Position numbers and translations under genes: made by a program
Shown here: positions 19,165-28,145 of the stretch, one piece after another
Numbering within the stretch: the stretch's first letter is position 1
How the letters are laid out: each line of letters opens with the position of its first letter
Notes under the pieces: generated by a model
Seen by the model: only the letters and a program-made list of their open reading frames with translations
The model's database searches: none
What the model was told of the DNA's origin: nothing
Virus record (IMG/VR): IMGVR_UViG_3300028610_001217
Direction: 5' to 3' (one strand)
From: a virus
Lineage: Duplodnaviria > Heunggongvirae > Uroviricota > Caudoviricetes
DNA length: 64,000 nucleotides

Positions 19165-19599
19165 TTAAAATATTGCCATTCTTATGTGGCCTTCAGGCTC
19201 ATGTTTACCCTCCGGGTAGAAACCGCATTTACGGAAAGCCCCTATACTGCGCTCGTTTTCCTCCCGAATGACCGCAACAACCTTAATGATGCGCCACTTT
19301 TCAAAAACTTCCCTAACCCCCATATTAATTGCGGTTATTGCTACGCCGCCACCCCTGTGATCTTCGCTGATATATATGGAGACAACAGCTTCCTCATCCA
19401 CCCTATCAAACCGGATGAAACCAACATTAGGCTCAATTATATAATACAAAACCTCGTCACTTGCTATGGCAACTGGGTAATATATTAAATGTTGCTCCCA
19501 GCTTACCGCCTTTTGCGTAGTTGTTACGCTTATCATATCGGGCATGTTCCGCCAATTAAACACCGTCCGCATATCAGTCTTCTTGGCGAGGCGAATCAA
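19165..19599 (-). CDS. GNAT N-acetyltransferase (PseH-like)
   Basis: HRGGGVAITAI acetyl-CoA-binding motif A; 144 aa; sits in the Pse island. Confidence 0.5.
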   Translation of the reverse strand: MIRLAKKTDMRTVFNWRNMPDMISVTTTQKAVSWEQHLIYYPVAIASDEVLYYIIEPNVGFIRFDRVDEEAVVSIYISEDHRGGGVAITAINMGVREVFEKWRIIKVVAVIREENERSIGAFRKCGFYPEGKHEPEGHIRMAIF

Positions 19600-19799
19600 T
19601 GTGTAATCCTTATTTCATCAGCAAAATTCAATAATTCTTCTGCTATTAACCTAATATCAGCTTCATTAAATACGCCAAAACCACCTTCTATATAAACAAC
19701 CACTTTTTTCTCACTCGATATATACGAAACTAAGTCCCCTTTTTTCATTTCTCCAGATAATATATATTCTCTTGCATCTCCAGTTACTACTTCCGCCAT
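19596..19799 (-). CDS. SAF-domain protein (detached C-terminal domain of NeuB-type synthase)
   Basis: 67 aa; VVTGDAREYILSGEMKKGDLVS resembles the SAF/antifreeze-like C-terminal domain. Its ATG overlaps the TGA stop of the upstream NeuB barrel (ATGA). Confidence 0.45.
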   Translation of the reverse strand: MAEVVTGDAREYILSGEMKKGDLVSYISSEKKVVVYIEGGFGVFNEADIRLIAEELLNFADEIRITH

Positions 19800-20524
19800 C
19801 AGCCTATTGTCGCCTTAAGCTGTTTAAGCTCAGTAGTATCTAAGGACCACCAATGATCTGGCCCATCAGCTTCATGTTCAAGCGTAAAATGGACTTCAAT
19901 AGCTACTGCCCCTAATTCAGTGGCACGTATGCAAACATCTACTCCTTGTTTTCCCGCTACATGATTGCTGTACCCGCAAGTATATCCCATGTTTTGTATT
20001 GCTCGTATTTTCCACAATTTGGGGTAAATGCAAGGATATTGTGATTCGCAATGAAGAATTAAATCTTCTGGATTAGCTATTTCGTGAAGGTTGTTTAAAT
20101 CTGCTACATGACCCATTGATATAACAATCGGTAGATTTTGACGATGCATTTCTTTTATCATTTCAGTATTGAATATCATATCTGATGCAACTTTTAAGGC
20201 GCATACACCTAAGTCAACCATCTCCTTGACACCTCGGGCGCTAACAGTGGTAACAAAAAACGGAATACCTACTAATTCACAATGTTCTTTTATTTCTTGC
20301 CATTGCCCTAATGAAAATTCATGACGCTTAAATAAATCAAATAAACTTTCACCATTATGCATACCGCTACTATCAAAATCTTCTGGGGGTGCATGTTGAA
20401 ATTTAACGTAATTAGCCCCAGCGCTAACCGCTGCATTGATAGTTTCTTTGGCTAATTCAATTAACCCATTATGATTTAGGCCAATTTCGGCTATAAGTAT
20501 AGGCGCAGTCCCGACTTTATGCAT
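19799..20524 (-). CDS. NeuB-family nonulosonic acid synthase, TIM-barrel part (PseI/NeuB-like)
   Basis: [12 protein letters not shown]...YVKFQ ... GYSNHV ... IEVHFTLE canonical NeuB motifs. Lacks the fused SAF domain, which is encoded by the next ORF. Confidence 0.75.
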   Translation of the reverse strand: MHKVGTAPILIAEIGLNHNGLIELAKETINAAVSAGANYVKFQHAPPEDFDSSGMHNGESLFDLFKRHEFSLGQWQEIKEHCELVGIPFFVTTVSARGVKEMVDLGVCALKVASDMIFNTEMIKEMHRQNLPIVISMGHVADLNNLHEIANPEDLILHCESQYPCIYPKLWKIRAIQNMGYTCGYSNHVAGKQGVDVCIRATELGAVAIEVHFTLEHEADGPDHWWSLDTTELKQLKATIG

Positions 20525-21254
20525 TAATAATTTTCATCCCCTCCAACAAAGCTTGTCTAGCATTTTTTCTAATATCTCTCTCCCAAAGCCTAATTACCTT
20601 ATAGCCTTTATCTTTCATATAAGCATCACGCTTTCTATCTGATTCCCTTCCATCAGGATAGTTATGCCAATAGTCCCCGTCGCATTCTATTACTAGGTTG
20701 CAACAAGGGATGAAGATATCTGGGAAATATGGACTAATACGTTTGCCAATTTGGTGCGTTATATTGAGAAGCCCCAATTCTTTACAAATAGCTATTTCGA
20801 TTGAAGATGGATTGGCGGTTCGCGCCAACCAAGCATTTTCTAAATAATCTCTTCGCTCATGAATATCCCTAGCAGCCCATACTTTTTTGCCAGCAATACT
20901 CATTTTATTTTTAGCGGCATTAGTATGTTTATGCCCCTTAAAGCAGCCATCCCGACCCTTGTTGGCCTTACTTATATTTTGTCGATGTTCTTGAGTAAAA
21001 GTTTTTTGCCTACCTGCTTGCTTAAGTTTTTCTATAGTTTCTTCTGAATACACCCCTTTCCGCCCTTTGTTCCAAGGAGTATTCCCAGTCATTCGTTCCC
21101 TAATCTTTTCACAATGTTCTTTAGAAAACTTTTTCCCTTTATGCGCAACACTCATACGATTCTTAGTTTCTTCAGAATGCTTTTTACCTTTGCTCGACTC
21201 ACTTATCTTTTTCTTAGTTTCTTCAGGCATTGGTCTACCTTTTGACCAACTCAC
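20517..21254 (-). CDS. homing endonuclease-like protein: NUMOD3 repeats plus Vsr/DUF559-like nuclease domain
   Basis: [29 protein letters not shown] repeats (NUMOD3-like). C-terminal [22 protein letters not shown]...[20 protein letters not shown] (DUF559/Vsr-like). Confidence 0.7.
   Translation of the reverse strand: MSWSKGRPMPEETKKKISESSKGKKHSEETKNRMSVAHKGKKFSKEHCEKIRERMTGNTPWNKGRKGVYSEETIEKLKQAGRQKTFTQEHRQNISKANKGRDGCFKGHKHTNAAKNKMSIAGKKVWAARDIHERRDYLENAWLARTANPSSIEIAICKELGLLNITHQIGKRISPYFPDIFIPCCNLVIECDGDYWHNYPDGRESDRKRDAYMKDKGYKVIRLWERDIRKNARQALLEGMKIINA
20660..20731. repeat. 72-nt exact repeat, copy 1 (shared with 22481..22552)
   Basis: agttatgccaatagtccccgtcgcattctattactaggttgcaacaagggatgaagatatctgggaaatatg is identical at both loci. 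It encodes the [23 protein letters not shown] core of the two endonuclease genes. Confidence 0.9.
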
Positions 21255-21276
21255 AATTAAACTTCCTCAATTTCAA

Positions 21277-22365
21277 TCATGAAGTCACCGAGTCATAAGT
21301 CAATTGCTCATTATTTTTAGCATCACGACTAGCCCTTTTACCAATGAATAAATAATCGAGGTAAGGTGAAAGACCATTGCCCGGCCTCTTCGCAGCCAGC
21401 ATTTCTCTTGTGATAACCTCACCGGCTTTAACGTCCCGGTTAAAGACCAAACTTACAAACCATAATTCACGCTGCGAAACATCTGCCATAGAGGGAAACA
21501 AACCATAATCACCTAACATCTCTAGCCGGGGGAACCTTGGACTAAATTCGTAGGAAGCACTTTGTAGCCAATAAACATATTCTTTGAACTTCTTAGCCTC
21601 AATAGCTTTAGTTTGATGGTGGCCCCCAGGATCGTCGTTGTTGAGTTTAATCCTTTTCTCTATCAAAACGGCACCTAAACTTACCGCTAAGCCGTCCGGA
21701 TCCCAATCTGCCCAATCAGCACTGTAACCTACCGCTATGTCGTATCTATCTTTGAGGTAAGGAATAGTCTTTAAGTTGAGTTCGGACGCATTAGGTGAGT
21801 GTGACTCATAAACAAATATTACATTACGTTGAAACCACTGCCTGCCCTTTGTTTCAATAATTTGCTCAACTAGCGCAACAACTTCGGAGCTATTAACTGC
21901 CCCAATATCGAATTGTATCGGCTTGCCTGTTTCCAATACTGCTTCAATCAGGTATTTATTGGTAGTGTCCCAGCCGCCTATTTTGTAGCAAGGGACTTCA
22001 AGCTCTTCAGCTAAAGGAATGTAGTCTATTGTTCCAACCGAAACATAAAAAATAATACCCCGCTCTTTGCAGTAAGCAGCTACCTTGCGCCAGTCTTCGT
22101 CAGGCACCCAATAAGACAATATGACCTGAACCAGAGATTTATCTTCATACTGAAGTGTAAAGTCGGCTATCAGTTCTTCCGGGTTTGACATAATGAACTT
22201 AATAGCATCACAAGAAGCATCTACTGCTGCATCGATCAACTTCTTTGCTATTTCCAGGCTACCTTTTGATGTCGATCCTGCCTCAGCTACGATAAATAAG
22301 GGTGCGCCGCTACCGATTTCCCTATTACCAATTTTCAAGCTATTTCCCCCTTGTTGATCGCACAC
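21277..22365 (-). CDS. divergent NeuB-family synthase with fused SAF domain
   Basis: LFIVAEAGSTSKGSLEIAKKLIDAAVDASCDAIKF N-terminal region. C-terminal VITREMLAAKRPGNGLSP SAF-like domain. Diverges from canonical NeuB (KFIMSNP instead of KFQ). Confidence 0.55.
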   Translation of the reverse strand: MCDQQGGNSLKIGNREIGSGAPLFIVAEAGSTSKGSLEIAKKLIDAAVDASCDAIKFIMSNPEELIADFTLQYEDKSLVQVILSYWVPDEDWRKVAAYCKERGIIFYVSVGTIDYIPLAEELEVPCYKIGGWDTTNKYLIEAVLETGKPIQFDIGAVNSSEVVALVEQIIETKGRQWFQRNVIFVYESHSPNASELNLKTIPYLKDRYDIAVGYSADWADWDPDGLAVSLGAVLIEKRIKLNNDDPGGHHQTKAIEAKKFKEYVYWLQSASYEFSPRFPRLEMLGDYGLFPSMADVSQRELWFVSLVFNRDVKAGEVITREMLAAKRPGNGLSPYLDYLFIGKRASRDAKNNEQLTYDSVTS

Positions 22366-22988
22366 AATAAAGCTTGTTGCGCATCCTTCCTAATATCTCG
22401 CTCCCAAATTCTAATAACTTTATACCCATGTGCCCCCATAAAATTATCTCTTTGAGCGTCGTTTTCTTGTCTCCCCGGTAAGTTATGCCAATAGTCCCCG
22501 TCGCATTCTATTACTAGGTTGCAACAAGGGATGAAGATATCTGGGAAATATGAGCCAATTTGTTTATCTGCTTCATAAGTAATGTTGAGGTCATTTAGAA
22601 CTTTATGGATAGCTGTTTCTATAGATGATGGGCTTGATATTTGTGCTACCTTAAATGCTTTTTGAGTATGCTCTCTTTTTTGCCCTATTGATAAGCTACC
22701 CCACCATTCGTTACCACCTTTGTGCAGCAAATCTAACCGTTCTTGCTTGTCTTCTGGTGAAGCGTTAGCCCAAAACTTTTTAGCACCATTGTTAAAAGCT
22801 GGCAAAAGCCTTATTACTCGTTCTTCTTTTGAACAACCCCCCCAATACCCTTTTAAGCCAATAGAAATATTCTGTTTCTGCTTATTAGAAAGCTTTTTAC
22901 CCTTATGTGCTTCCTTCATTTTTGCTTTACTTTCTTCAGTATGCTTCTTGCCCTTAAATCCAGAAACCCTTCTCCCCTTAACTTGCAT
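22335..22988 (-). CDS. homing endonuclease-like protein, paralog of 20517..21254
   Basis: GKKHTEESKAKMKEAHKGKKLSNKQKQNI NUMOD3-like repeats. [24 protein letters not shown]...GYKVIRIWERDI Vsr/DUF559-like domain. Confidence 0.7.
   Translation of the reverse strand: MQVKGRRVSGFKGKKHTEESKAKMKEAHKGKKLSNKQKQNISIGLKGYWGGCSKEERVIRLLPAFNNGAKKFWANASPEDKQERLDLLHKGGNEWWGSLSIGQKREHTQKAFKVAQISSPSSIETAIHKVLNDLNITYEADKQIGSYFPDIFIPCCNLVIECDGDYWHNLPGRQENDAQRDNFMGAHGYKVIRIWERDIRKDAQQALLCAINKGEIA
22481..22552. repeat. 72-nt exact repeat, copy 2
   Basis: Identical to 20660..20731. Confidence 0.9.
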
Positions 22989-24051
22989 AATCCACTATAA
23001 CCTCAATTATATAATCAACTTGTTTGTTTGTTAGGCCAGGGTATATTGGGATACTTAATACTTCTTTGCATACTTTTTCGGAAATTAAGCAACTCCCTGG
23101 GTTATGATAATAAGGCTCCAAGGTCAATGCTCTATAATGTACCTGGCTACCTATCCCTTTATTTTTTAAGTGTTGCCTTAATTTGTTTCTTTTTTTACAC
23201 CTAATAACGTAAAGGTGATGAGAACTTTTACATCCCCCGAGCTGCGTCAATGGCGTTACCCCCGTAACTTGTGAGAAAGCATCATTGTATCTATTAGCTA
23301 TCTTACTCCTTTTATCTATGAAGTGGTCAAGCCTTTTTAATTGATTAATTCCCAAGGCGCAACTGATATCTGAAAGCCGATAATTGAAGCCCAGGGTTTC
23401 CATACCGCGCTCACTTCTACCGTGATTACGAAATTGCTTAGCTCGCTCATAAAGTGCTTCAGCATCAGAATGCTCAAAAGAAACCATACCCCCTTCGCCG
23501 GTAGTTATCGACTTAACTGGGTGAAATGAGAAGCAATTTATATGGCCCCAAAAAGCATGAGGTATTTTTAGGTAGTCGGCCCCTAGTGAATGGCAAGCAT
23601 CGTCAATTAACCATAGGTTATGCTTATCAGCCAACTGCCTTAGCCCTAAGTAGTTGCAAGGTTGCCCGGCAAAGTCGACGGCGATAACAGCTTTTGTCTT
23701 CGCAGTTATCTTGCGCTCGATATCCTCAAGATCTATTAGAAGCGTATCTGCCGCAACATCAGCAAAAACTGGTACTGCTCCCATGTAAGCCACACAATTA
23801 GCACTAGCCACAAACGTAATAGCTGGTGTGATAACTTCATCCCCCACCCCAATCTCAATAGCTGCCATTGCACAATGTAAGGCTGCCGTCCCCGAACTTA
23901 CAGCTAATGTATATTCACTGCCAATTTTAGCAGCAAAGGCTTTTTCGAATTCTTCAACCTTTGGGCCAGTGGTGAGAAAATCTGACCTTAGAGTTTCCGC
24001 TACCGCCTTAATGTCATCCTGGTCAATATTTTGATGATTATATGGTATCAA
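22978..24051 (-). CDS. pseC: PseC-type PLP-dependent aminotransferase (UDP-4-amino-4,6-dideoxy-N-acetyl-beta-L-altrosamine transaminase family)
   Basis: MIPYNHQNIDQDDIKAVAETLRSDFLTTGPKVEEFE is a typical PseC/DegT N-terminus; 357 aa. Confidence 0.8.
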   Translation of the reverse strand: MIPYNHQNIDQDDIKAVAETLRSDFLTTGPKVEEFEKAFAAKIGSEYTLAVSSGTAALHCAMAAIEIGVGDEVITPAITFVASANCVAYMGAVPVFADVAADTLLIDLEDIERKITAKTKAVIAVDFAGQPCNYLGLRQLADKHNLWLIDDACHSLGADYLKIPHAFWGHINCFSFHPVKSITTGEGGMVSFEHSDAEALYERAKQFRNHGRSERGMETLGFNYRLSDISCALGINQLKRLDHFIDKRSKIANRYNDAFSQVTGVTPLTQLGGCKSSHHLYVIRCKKRNKLRQHLKNKGIGSQVHYRALTLEPYYHNPGSCLISEKVCKEVLSIPIYPGLTNKQVDYIIEVIVDYAS

Positions 24052-24175
24052 CCTACTGCACCTTTTTTATGAAAGCCTATTGTGAAAAACCCTAGATCTA
24101 TGAACAAAGCTTTATCTGCTGGAATAATTTCTACCCCTATTCTAAAAATTCCCCAATGCTGATCACTATAAGCCA

Positions 24176-25141
24176 TCATTTAATCAAGCTCCCTATTTGG
24201 TCGCCTGTTAAAAATAACTCATTCTTGTCACTTGCATAAGACCCTTTGAACGGCTTACCCTCTATGCTACCCCGTTCAAACCAGGTATGTGATGGCAGCA
24301 CCACGTATCTATTTTCCTGACTGATCGCTGTTTCTCCTTCAGCTATCAAAACTTCGTGAAGCTTTTCCCCTGGCCTAATTCCTGAAACCTCAATATTACA
24401 ATCCGGCCCAATAGTCTGAGCTAATTGCATAATGTTGCAACTAGGAATCTTGGGAACAAATATTTCGCCGCCGACCATAGTATCTAGCGCTTCAAGTACA
24501 AAGTCGGTAGCTTGGTCGAGTGTTATCCAGAACCGGGTCATCTTAACATCCGTTATTGTGAGCAAACCCTTTTTCTTTTGTTCCTTAAACTTGGGGACAA
24601 CGCTACCCCGGCTCCCCACCACATTACCGTATCGCACAACCGATATCCTAGTTGATGTTCCGCTAGCATAAGCGTTACCCTGAATGAACAATTTTTCAGC
24701 CATTAGCTTGGACGCCCCATATGCATTTATAGGGTTTACAGCTTTATCAGTAGATAGCGCCACTAACTTCTTAACTCTGCACGTTATGGCCGCTTCTAGG
24801 ACGTTCTGAGAGCCTATTATATTAGTGTTCACACCCTCATAAGGGTTATATTCAATTGCCGGCACTTGCTTCAACGCTGCCGCATGAATAACAATATCGA
24901 TATCATGAAGCGCTATCCTTAAGCGCCCTGGATCCCGGACATCACCTAAGAAGTAACGTAACCGGCTGTCGGGATCAATTGAGGTATCCGGGAAGCCAGT
25001 TTGACGCATTTGTTCTTGCTTCAGTTCATCCCGGCTGTAGATAACAACCTTTTTAGCGCGTTGCTTTAATGCTTTCTTTATAAACGCCTTACCGAATGAG
25101 CCTGTGCCTCCTGTGATTAATACGTTAAGTCCTTCCAGCAC
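24176..25141 (-). CDS. pseB: PseB-type UDP-GlcNAc 4,6-dehydratase/5-epimerase (Polysacc_synt_2, FlaA1-like)
   Basis: LNVLITGGTGSFGKAFIKKAL Rossmann motif; 321 aa; short-chain dehydratase architecture. Confidence 0.8.
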   Translation of the reverse strand: MLEGLNVLITGGTGSFGKAFIKKALKQRAKKVVIYSRDELKQEQMRQTGFPDTSIDPDSRLRYFLGDVRDPGRLRIALHDIDIVIHAAALKQVPAIEYNPYEGVNTNIIGSQNVLEAAITCRVKKLVALSTDKAVNPINAYGASKLMAEKLFIQGNAYASGTSTRISVVRYGNVVGSRGSVVPKFKEQKKKGLLTITDVKMTRFWITLDQATDFVLEALDTMVGGEIFVPKIPSCNIMQLAQTIGPDCNIEVSGIRPGEKLHEVLIAEGETAISQENRYVVLPSHTWFERGSIEGKPFKGSYASDKNELFLTGDQIGSLIK

Positions 25142-25143
25142 GC

Positions 25144-25359
25144 TTATATCCCCCTTGATTCATTTATAATTTCAATCTCGGCTAGCCTTAATGCCCCTAG
25201 CGTTTGCAGTAGTTCATTCTTCGTCAACGCTGTGTATATCTTATCGTCCTTGAAACCAATTACTATGACGTTTGTGTAGCCTTGCTTCCCGGCCTCATCA
25301 AGAAGGTCTATCACTGATTCCCGGTAGCGTTCGTCCATTGGTTTGATTTCTCTAACCAT
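25144..25359 (-). CDS. hypothetical protein
   Basis: 71-aa ORF. Confidence 0.3.
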   Translation of the reverse strand: MVREIKPMDERYRESVIDLLDEAGKQGYTNVIVIGFKDDKIYTALTKNELLQTLGALRLAEIEIINESRGI

Positions 25360-25400
25360 AATCCCCCAATTAAATTAACGGCTAGGCAGAAGTTAGGCCG

Positions 25401-25691
25401 TTAAATTCTTTCTACAGTTTTTCCTTCATCGCTCATTACAAAAATAGAACCGATTTCAGCTGCAATAAGTTTGCGTTTTTCTTCGCCTACCTTACTAAGG
25501 CTTATTACCGCCATATGTGAACAATCATTCTCAACTCTCTGGTCTGCCGGTGTTGGTGCATAAAGTTCATATTCGCGCCATTCACTTTCAACTACCGCCC
25601 TTGGGTGTGAGTGACTACTAAACGATTCAGTTTCAAAATAATGCCAAACCGTTTGGTCGTCTACCCCACTTTCTTTTACCTTTACGATCAT
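25401..25691 (-). CDS. hypothetical protein
   Basis: 96-aa ORF. Confidence 0.3.
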   Translation of the reverse strand: MIVKVKESGVDDQTVWHYFETESFSSHSHPRAVVESEWREYELYAPTPADQRVENDCSHMAVISLSKVGEEKRKLIAAEIGSIFVMSDEGKTVERI

Positions 25692-25905
25692 TCCTGTCTC
25701 TCTTTCTGCCTACCTATCTGCCTAGCCGTTAATCAAACAGTCTTGCACTATTTTAACCTAAAAAGAAAAAGCCCAACGGTCTGACGCCCGTCGAGCCTTT
25801 TCTAAATTCGTAACCGGATCCTTAAAGGGTTATCAACCCCCTTGGACCTCAAACATCGGAGCCCGTAAAAGCTAAAAGCAAGAGCACGACCTCGCTATCC
25901 GATAG

Positions 25906-25977
25906 AAGCTACGGCTGGATTCAAACCAGCGTGGAACGGTTTTGCAAACCGTTGCCTAATCACTCGGCCACGTAGCC
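25906..25977 (-). tRNA. tRNA-Cys(GCA)
   Basis: Hand-folded cloverleaf: anticodon stem ACGGT/ACCGT, loop TTGCAAA, T-arm GCTGG-TTTGAAT-CCAGC, U73 discriminator. Confidence 0.65.
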
Positions 25978-25985
25978 ATAAACAG

Positions 25986-26058
25986 CAGCGCTAGGGGGAA
26001 TCGAACCCGCCTTGACAAGATTGAAAATCTTGGATCCTAGCCGTTAGATGATAGCGCC
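25986..26058 (-). tRNA. tRNA-Glu(TTC)
   Basis: Anticodon arm CAAGA-TTTTCAA-TCTTG; D-arm TCATCTAACGGCTAGGA resembles bacterial tRNA-Glu; TTCGATT T-loop. Confidence 0.6.
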
Positions 26059-26175
26059 ATAAAAGGGATAGTAGGTGCACCCTAGAAAGCTATTCCAAGT
26101 ATGCCCTCAGCCAGCAACGCAACGGTTTCCGTGGTCTTGTGTCGTTCTGAACTAGTTGCCGAACCTTTACCCTAG

Positions 26176-26248
26176 TGGCGGAGGCCGGATTCGAACCGGC
26201 GACCTACAGCTTATGAGGCTGGCGAGCTGTCCACTGCTCTACTCCGCT
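26176..26248 (-). tRNA. tRNA-Met/Ile2(CAT)
   Basis: Loop CTCATAA; T-arm GCCGG-TTCGAAT-CCGGC; A1 x C72 mismatch at the acceptor top. Confidence 0.6.
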
Positions 26249-26393
26249 ATGAATTTATAAGTGACTCCCCCACATTATGTGTATTACTAAAGCAGCGCTA
26301 GTTGCCCCTAATCCTATCGACAAAATAAGAATGCTTATGTTTAATCTATCCATATTTAGTTTATCCCCCGGTTAACCAATTCCTAAACCTTTG

Positions 26394-26466
26394 CGACAAT
26401 AATGGGATTCGAACCCACGTCCCCCACCGTGACAGGGTGGTGCTTTAGCCACTAAGCTATATTGCC
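26394..26466 (-). tRNA. tRNA-Asp(GTC)
   Basis: Anticodon arm CCACC-CTGTCAC-GGTGG; G73; T-arm GTGGG-TTCGAAT-CCCAT. Confidence 0.7.
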
Positions 26467-26479
26467 TTGTTAAATCTAG

Positions 26480-26552
26480 TAGGCCATCGAGGTCTCGAAC
26501 CTCGCACCACCGGATTAAAAGTCCGATGCTCTACCTGATGAGCTAATGACCC
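26480..26552 (-). tRNA. tRNA-Lys(TTT)
   Basis: Anticodon arm TCGGA-CTTTTAA-TCCGG; T-arm CGAGG-TTCGAGA-CCTCG. Confidence 0.7.
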
Positions 26553-26556
26553 TCAG

Positions 26557-26628
26557 TGGGCTATAAAGGATTCGAACCTATACTCCCGGATTCGTAGTCC
26601 GGTGCTCTCTCCATTGAGCTAATAACCC
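26557..26628 (-). tRNA. tRNA-Arg(ACG)
   Basis: Anticodon arm CCGGA-CTACGAA-TCCGG; acceptor GGGTTAT/ATAGCCC. Confidence 0.65.
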
Positions 26629-26629
26629 G

Positions 26630-26701
26630 TGGGCTATCAAGGATTCGAACCCTGACTCTCGGGGTAGAAACCCGATGCTCTGTCCTTTGAGCTAATAACC
26701 C
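26630..26701 (-). tRNA. tRNA-Arg(TCT)
   Basis: Anticodon arm TCGGG-TTTCTAC-CCCGA; same acceptor as the previous tRNA; 1-nt spacer to its neighbour. Confidence 0.65.
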
Positions 26702-27406
26702 TTAATAAAATAATAAAGGAACAGCAAAGACTAATCCAAATAATAAGGCTATGCCAGAAATAACAGCAGTTATTCCGACCCCATCAGGGTGCTCCCTACA
26801 AAATACCCGCAAATGATCAATTGCGTTTATCCGTATATTCCCCAAGCTTGGCTTGTAATCGTAAAATTCTTCCCACTCAGCAATTGCATATTTTTGACCA
26901 GTCGCAAACTCTATAACTATAAGTGGGTCTGAGTAACGTATTGAGTGATCATAATTAGGAGTATACACAGTAAAAGTACAATCATTTACCTTTACACCTA
27001 ATTCTTGTTTCCACTTATTTATAGTCATAAGGATATCCGCTGGAACCATCCCTCTTTCTTCGGTGAAATCTTTCAAAGGGGTTCGATTAAACCGCCGTGT
27101 AGTTCGACCTTTGTATTTACAGAATACTCTTTCCTTATTAGCCAGTAAGCCATATATCGGGGTGCTATCGTATCTTTCAGTCCCTCCCTCTAACAAAATA
27201 TTCTCAAGTGGAACACAAAATTTATCGTTATTGTTTTGTATGTTGGCAACAAGTAGCTTAATTTCAATTGTTTTTAATTCGTGATCATAACGAGAAGTCG
27301 GTATTTGAAGTTCCTTTGCTTGCTCAACCGCCAACTCAAGCTGTAACACCTCCGTGTTTATTTCTTCACTCGATATCCGCTCCGTCACATTCTTTAGCGC
27401 AAACAC
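26702..27406 (-). CDS. hypothetical protein with C-terminal transmembrane helix
   Basis: 234 aa; C-terminal ITAVISGIALLFGLVFAVPLLFY; embedded in the tRNA array. Confidence 0.4.
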   Translation of the reverse strand: MFALKNVTERISSEEINTEVLQLELAVEQAKELQIPTSRYDHELKTIEIKLLVANIQNNNDKFCVPLENILLEGGTERYDSTPIYGLLANKERVFCKYKGRTTRRFNRTPLKDFTEERGMVPADILMTINKWKQELGVKVNDCTFTVYTPNYDHSIRYSDPLIVIEFATGQKYAIAEWEEFYDYKPSLGNIRINAIDHLRVFCREHPDGVGITAVISGIALLFGLVFAVPLLFY

Positions 27407-27440
27407 ATTTCCCCCATTCTATATTTCAACATTAAACCTG

Positions 27441-27522
27441 TGGGCCGGGAGGGAGTCGAACCCTCAATCCCGAAGGCAACAGGGCTTAAACCTGTTGTGT
27501 ATTCCAATTCCACCACCAGCCC
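27441..27522 (-). tRNA. tRNA-Leu(TAA)
   Basis: Class II with long variable arm; anticodon arm ACAGG-TTTAAGC-CCTGT; D-arm GTGGAATTGGAATACAC resembles bacterial tRNA-Leu. Confidence 0.7.
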
Positions 27523-27526
27523 AAAA

Positions 27527-27874
27527 TTATTTATCTAAATAATAATATTCAGTTTCTACGCTTGGCTGTGGGGCTAATTTATCAATCGCCCCGGCCCGTA
27601 TTTGTTGACCATATTTACCTCCGCAACTTTCACAAAAAGGGCCAGCCTTTCCTTGTTTAGCATTTGCCCGCACCTTACACGGAACTCTAAGAAGCTCTTC
27701 CCCGCACCAAATACAGTTGACCTTTATCCGCTTAGCCCTTCTAGCATCCTCTAGCCCATGCTGCTTATGGCTTACTATTCTTAGGTTTTCAATTCGATCA
27801 TCCGTGAAGTCCCGATTGATATGGTCTACTGTTTCATCCGCCGTCAACTCCCTGCCTAAATGCTGTTCCATCAA
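27527..27874 (-). CDS. HNH homing endonuclease
   Basis: VDHINRDFTDDRIENLRIVSHKQHG HNH motif plus a Cys4 zinc ribbon (CIWCGEE...CESCG); 115 aa. Confidence 0.7.
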   Translation of the reverse strand: MMEQHLGRELTADETVDHINRDFTDDRIENLRIVSHKQHGLEDARRAKRIKVNCIWCGEELLRVPCKVRANAKQGKAGPFCESCGGKYGQQIRAGAIDKLAPQPSVETEYYYLDK

Positions 27875-27991
27875 ATATCTTGGATAAGATTTAGTAGTTC
27901 TTCTTCCGTCAGCAAACTTAATGATTAATTGCTTTCGCCCATCCGACCTAATATACGGTCCACAAATCTTAATATATATTCCTTTCTGCAG

Positions 27992-28063
27992 TAGGCAAGG
28001 AGGGGATCGAACCCCCGACCAGTAAGATGTAAACCTACCACTCTACCGCTGAGTTACTCGCCT
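27992..28063 (-). tRNA. tRNA-Val(TAC)
   Basis: Anticodon arm GTAGG-TTTACAT-CTTAC; A73; T-arm GGGGG-TTCGATC-CCCTC. Confidence 0.65.
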
Positions 28064-28069
28064 GCAAAG

Positions 28070-28142
28070 TAGGCTAGGAGAGATTCGAACTCTCACTACC
28101 TGGTTTCTAAAACCAGTTTCTCTGCCGTTGGAATACTAGCCT
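28070..28142 (-). tRNA. class I tRNA with anticodon TAG (reads CUA; unusual for Leu)
   Basis: Acceptor AGGCTAG/CTAGCCT; anticodon arm CTGGT-TTTAGAA-ACCAG with U33/A37; only a 5-nt variable loop (no long arm); T-arm GAGAG-TTCGAAT-CTCTC. Confidence 0.5.
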
Positions 28143-28145
28143 ATG

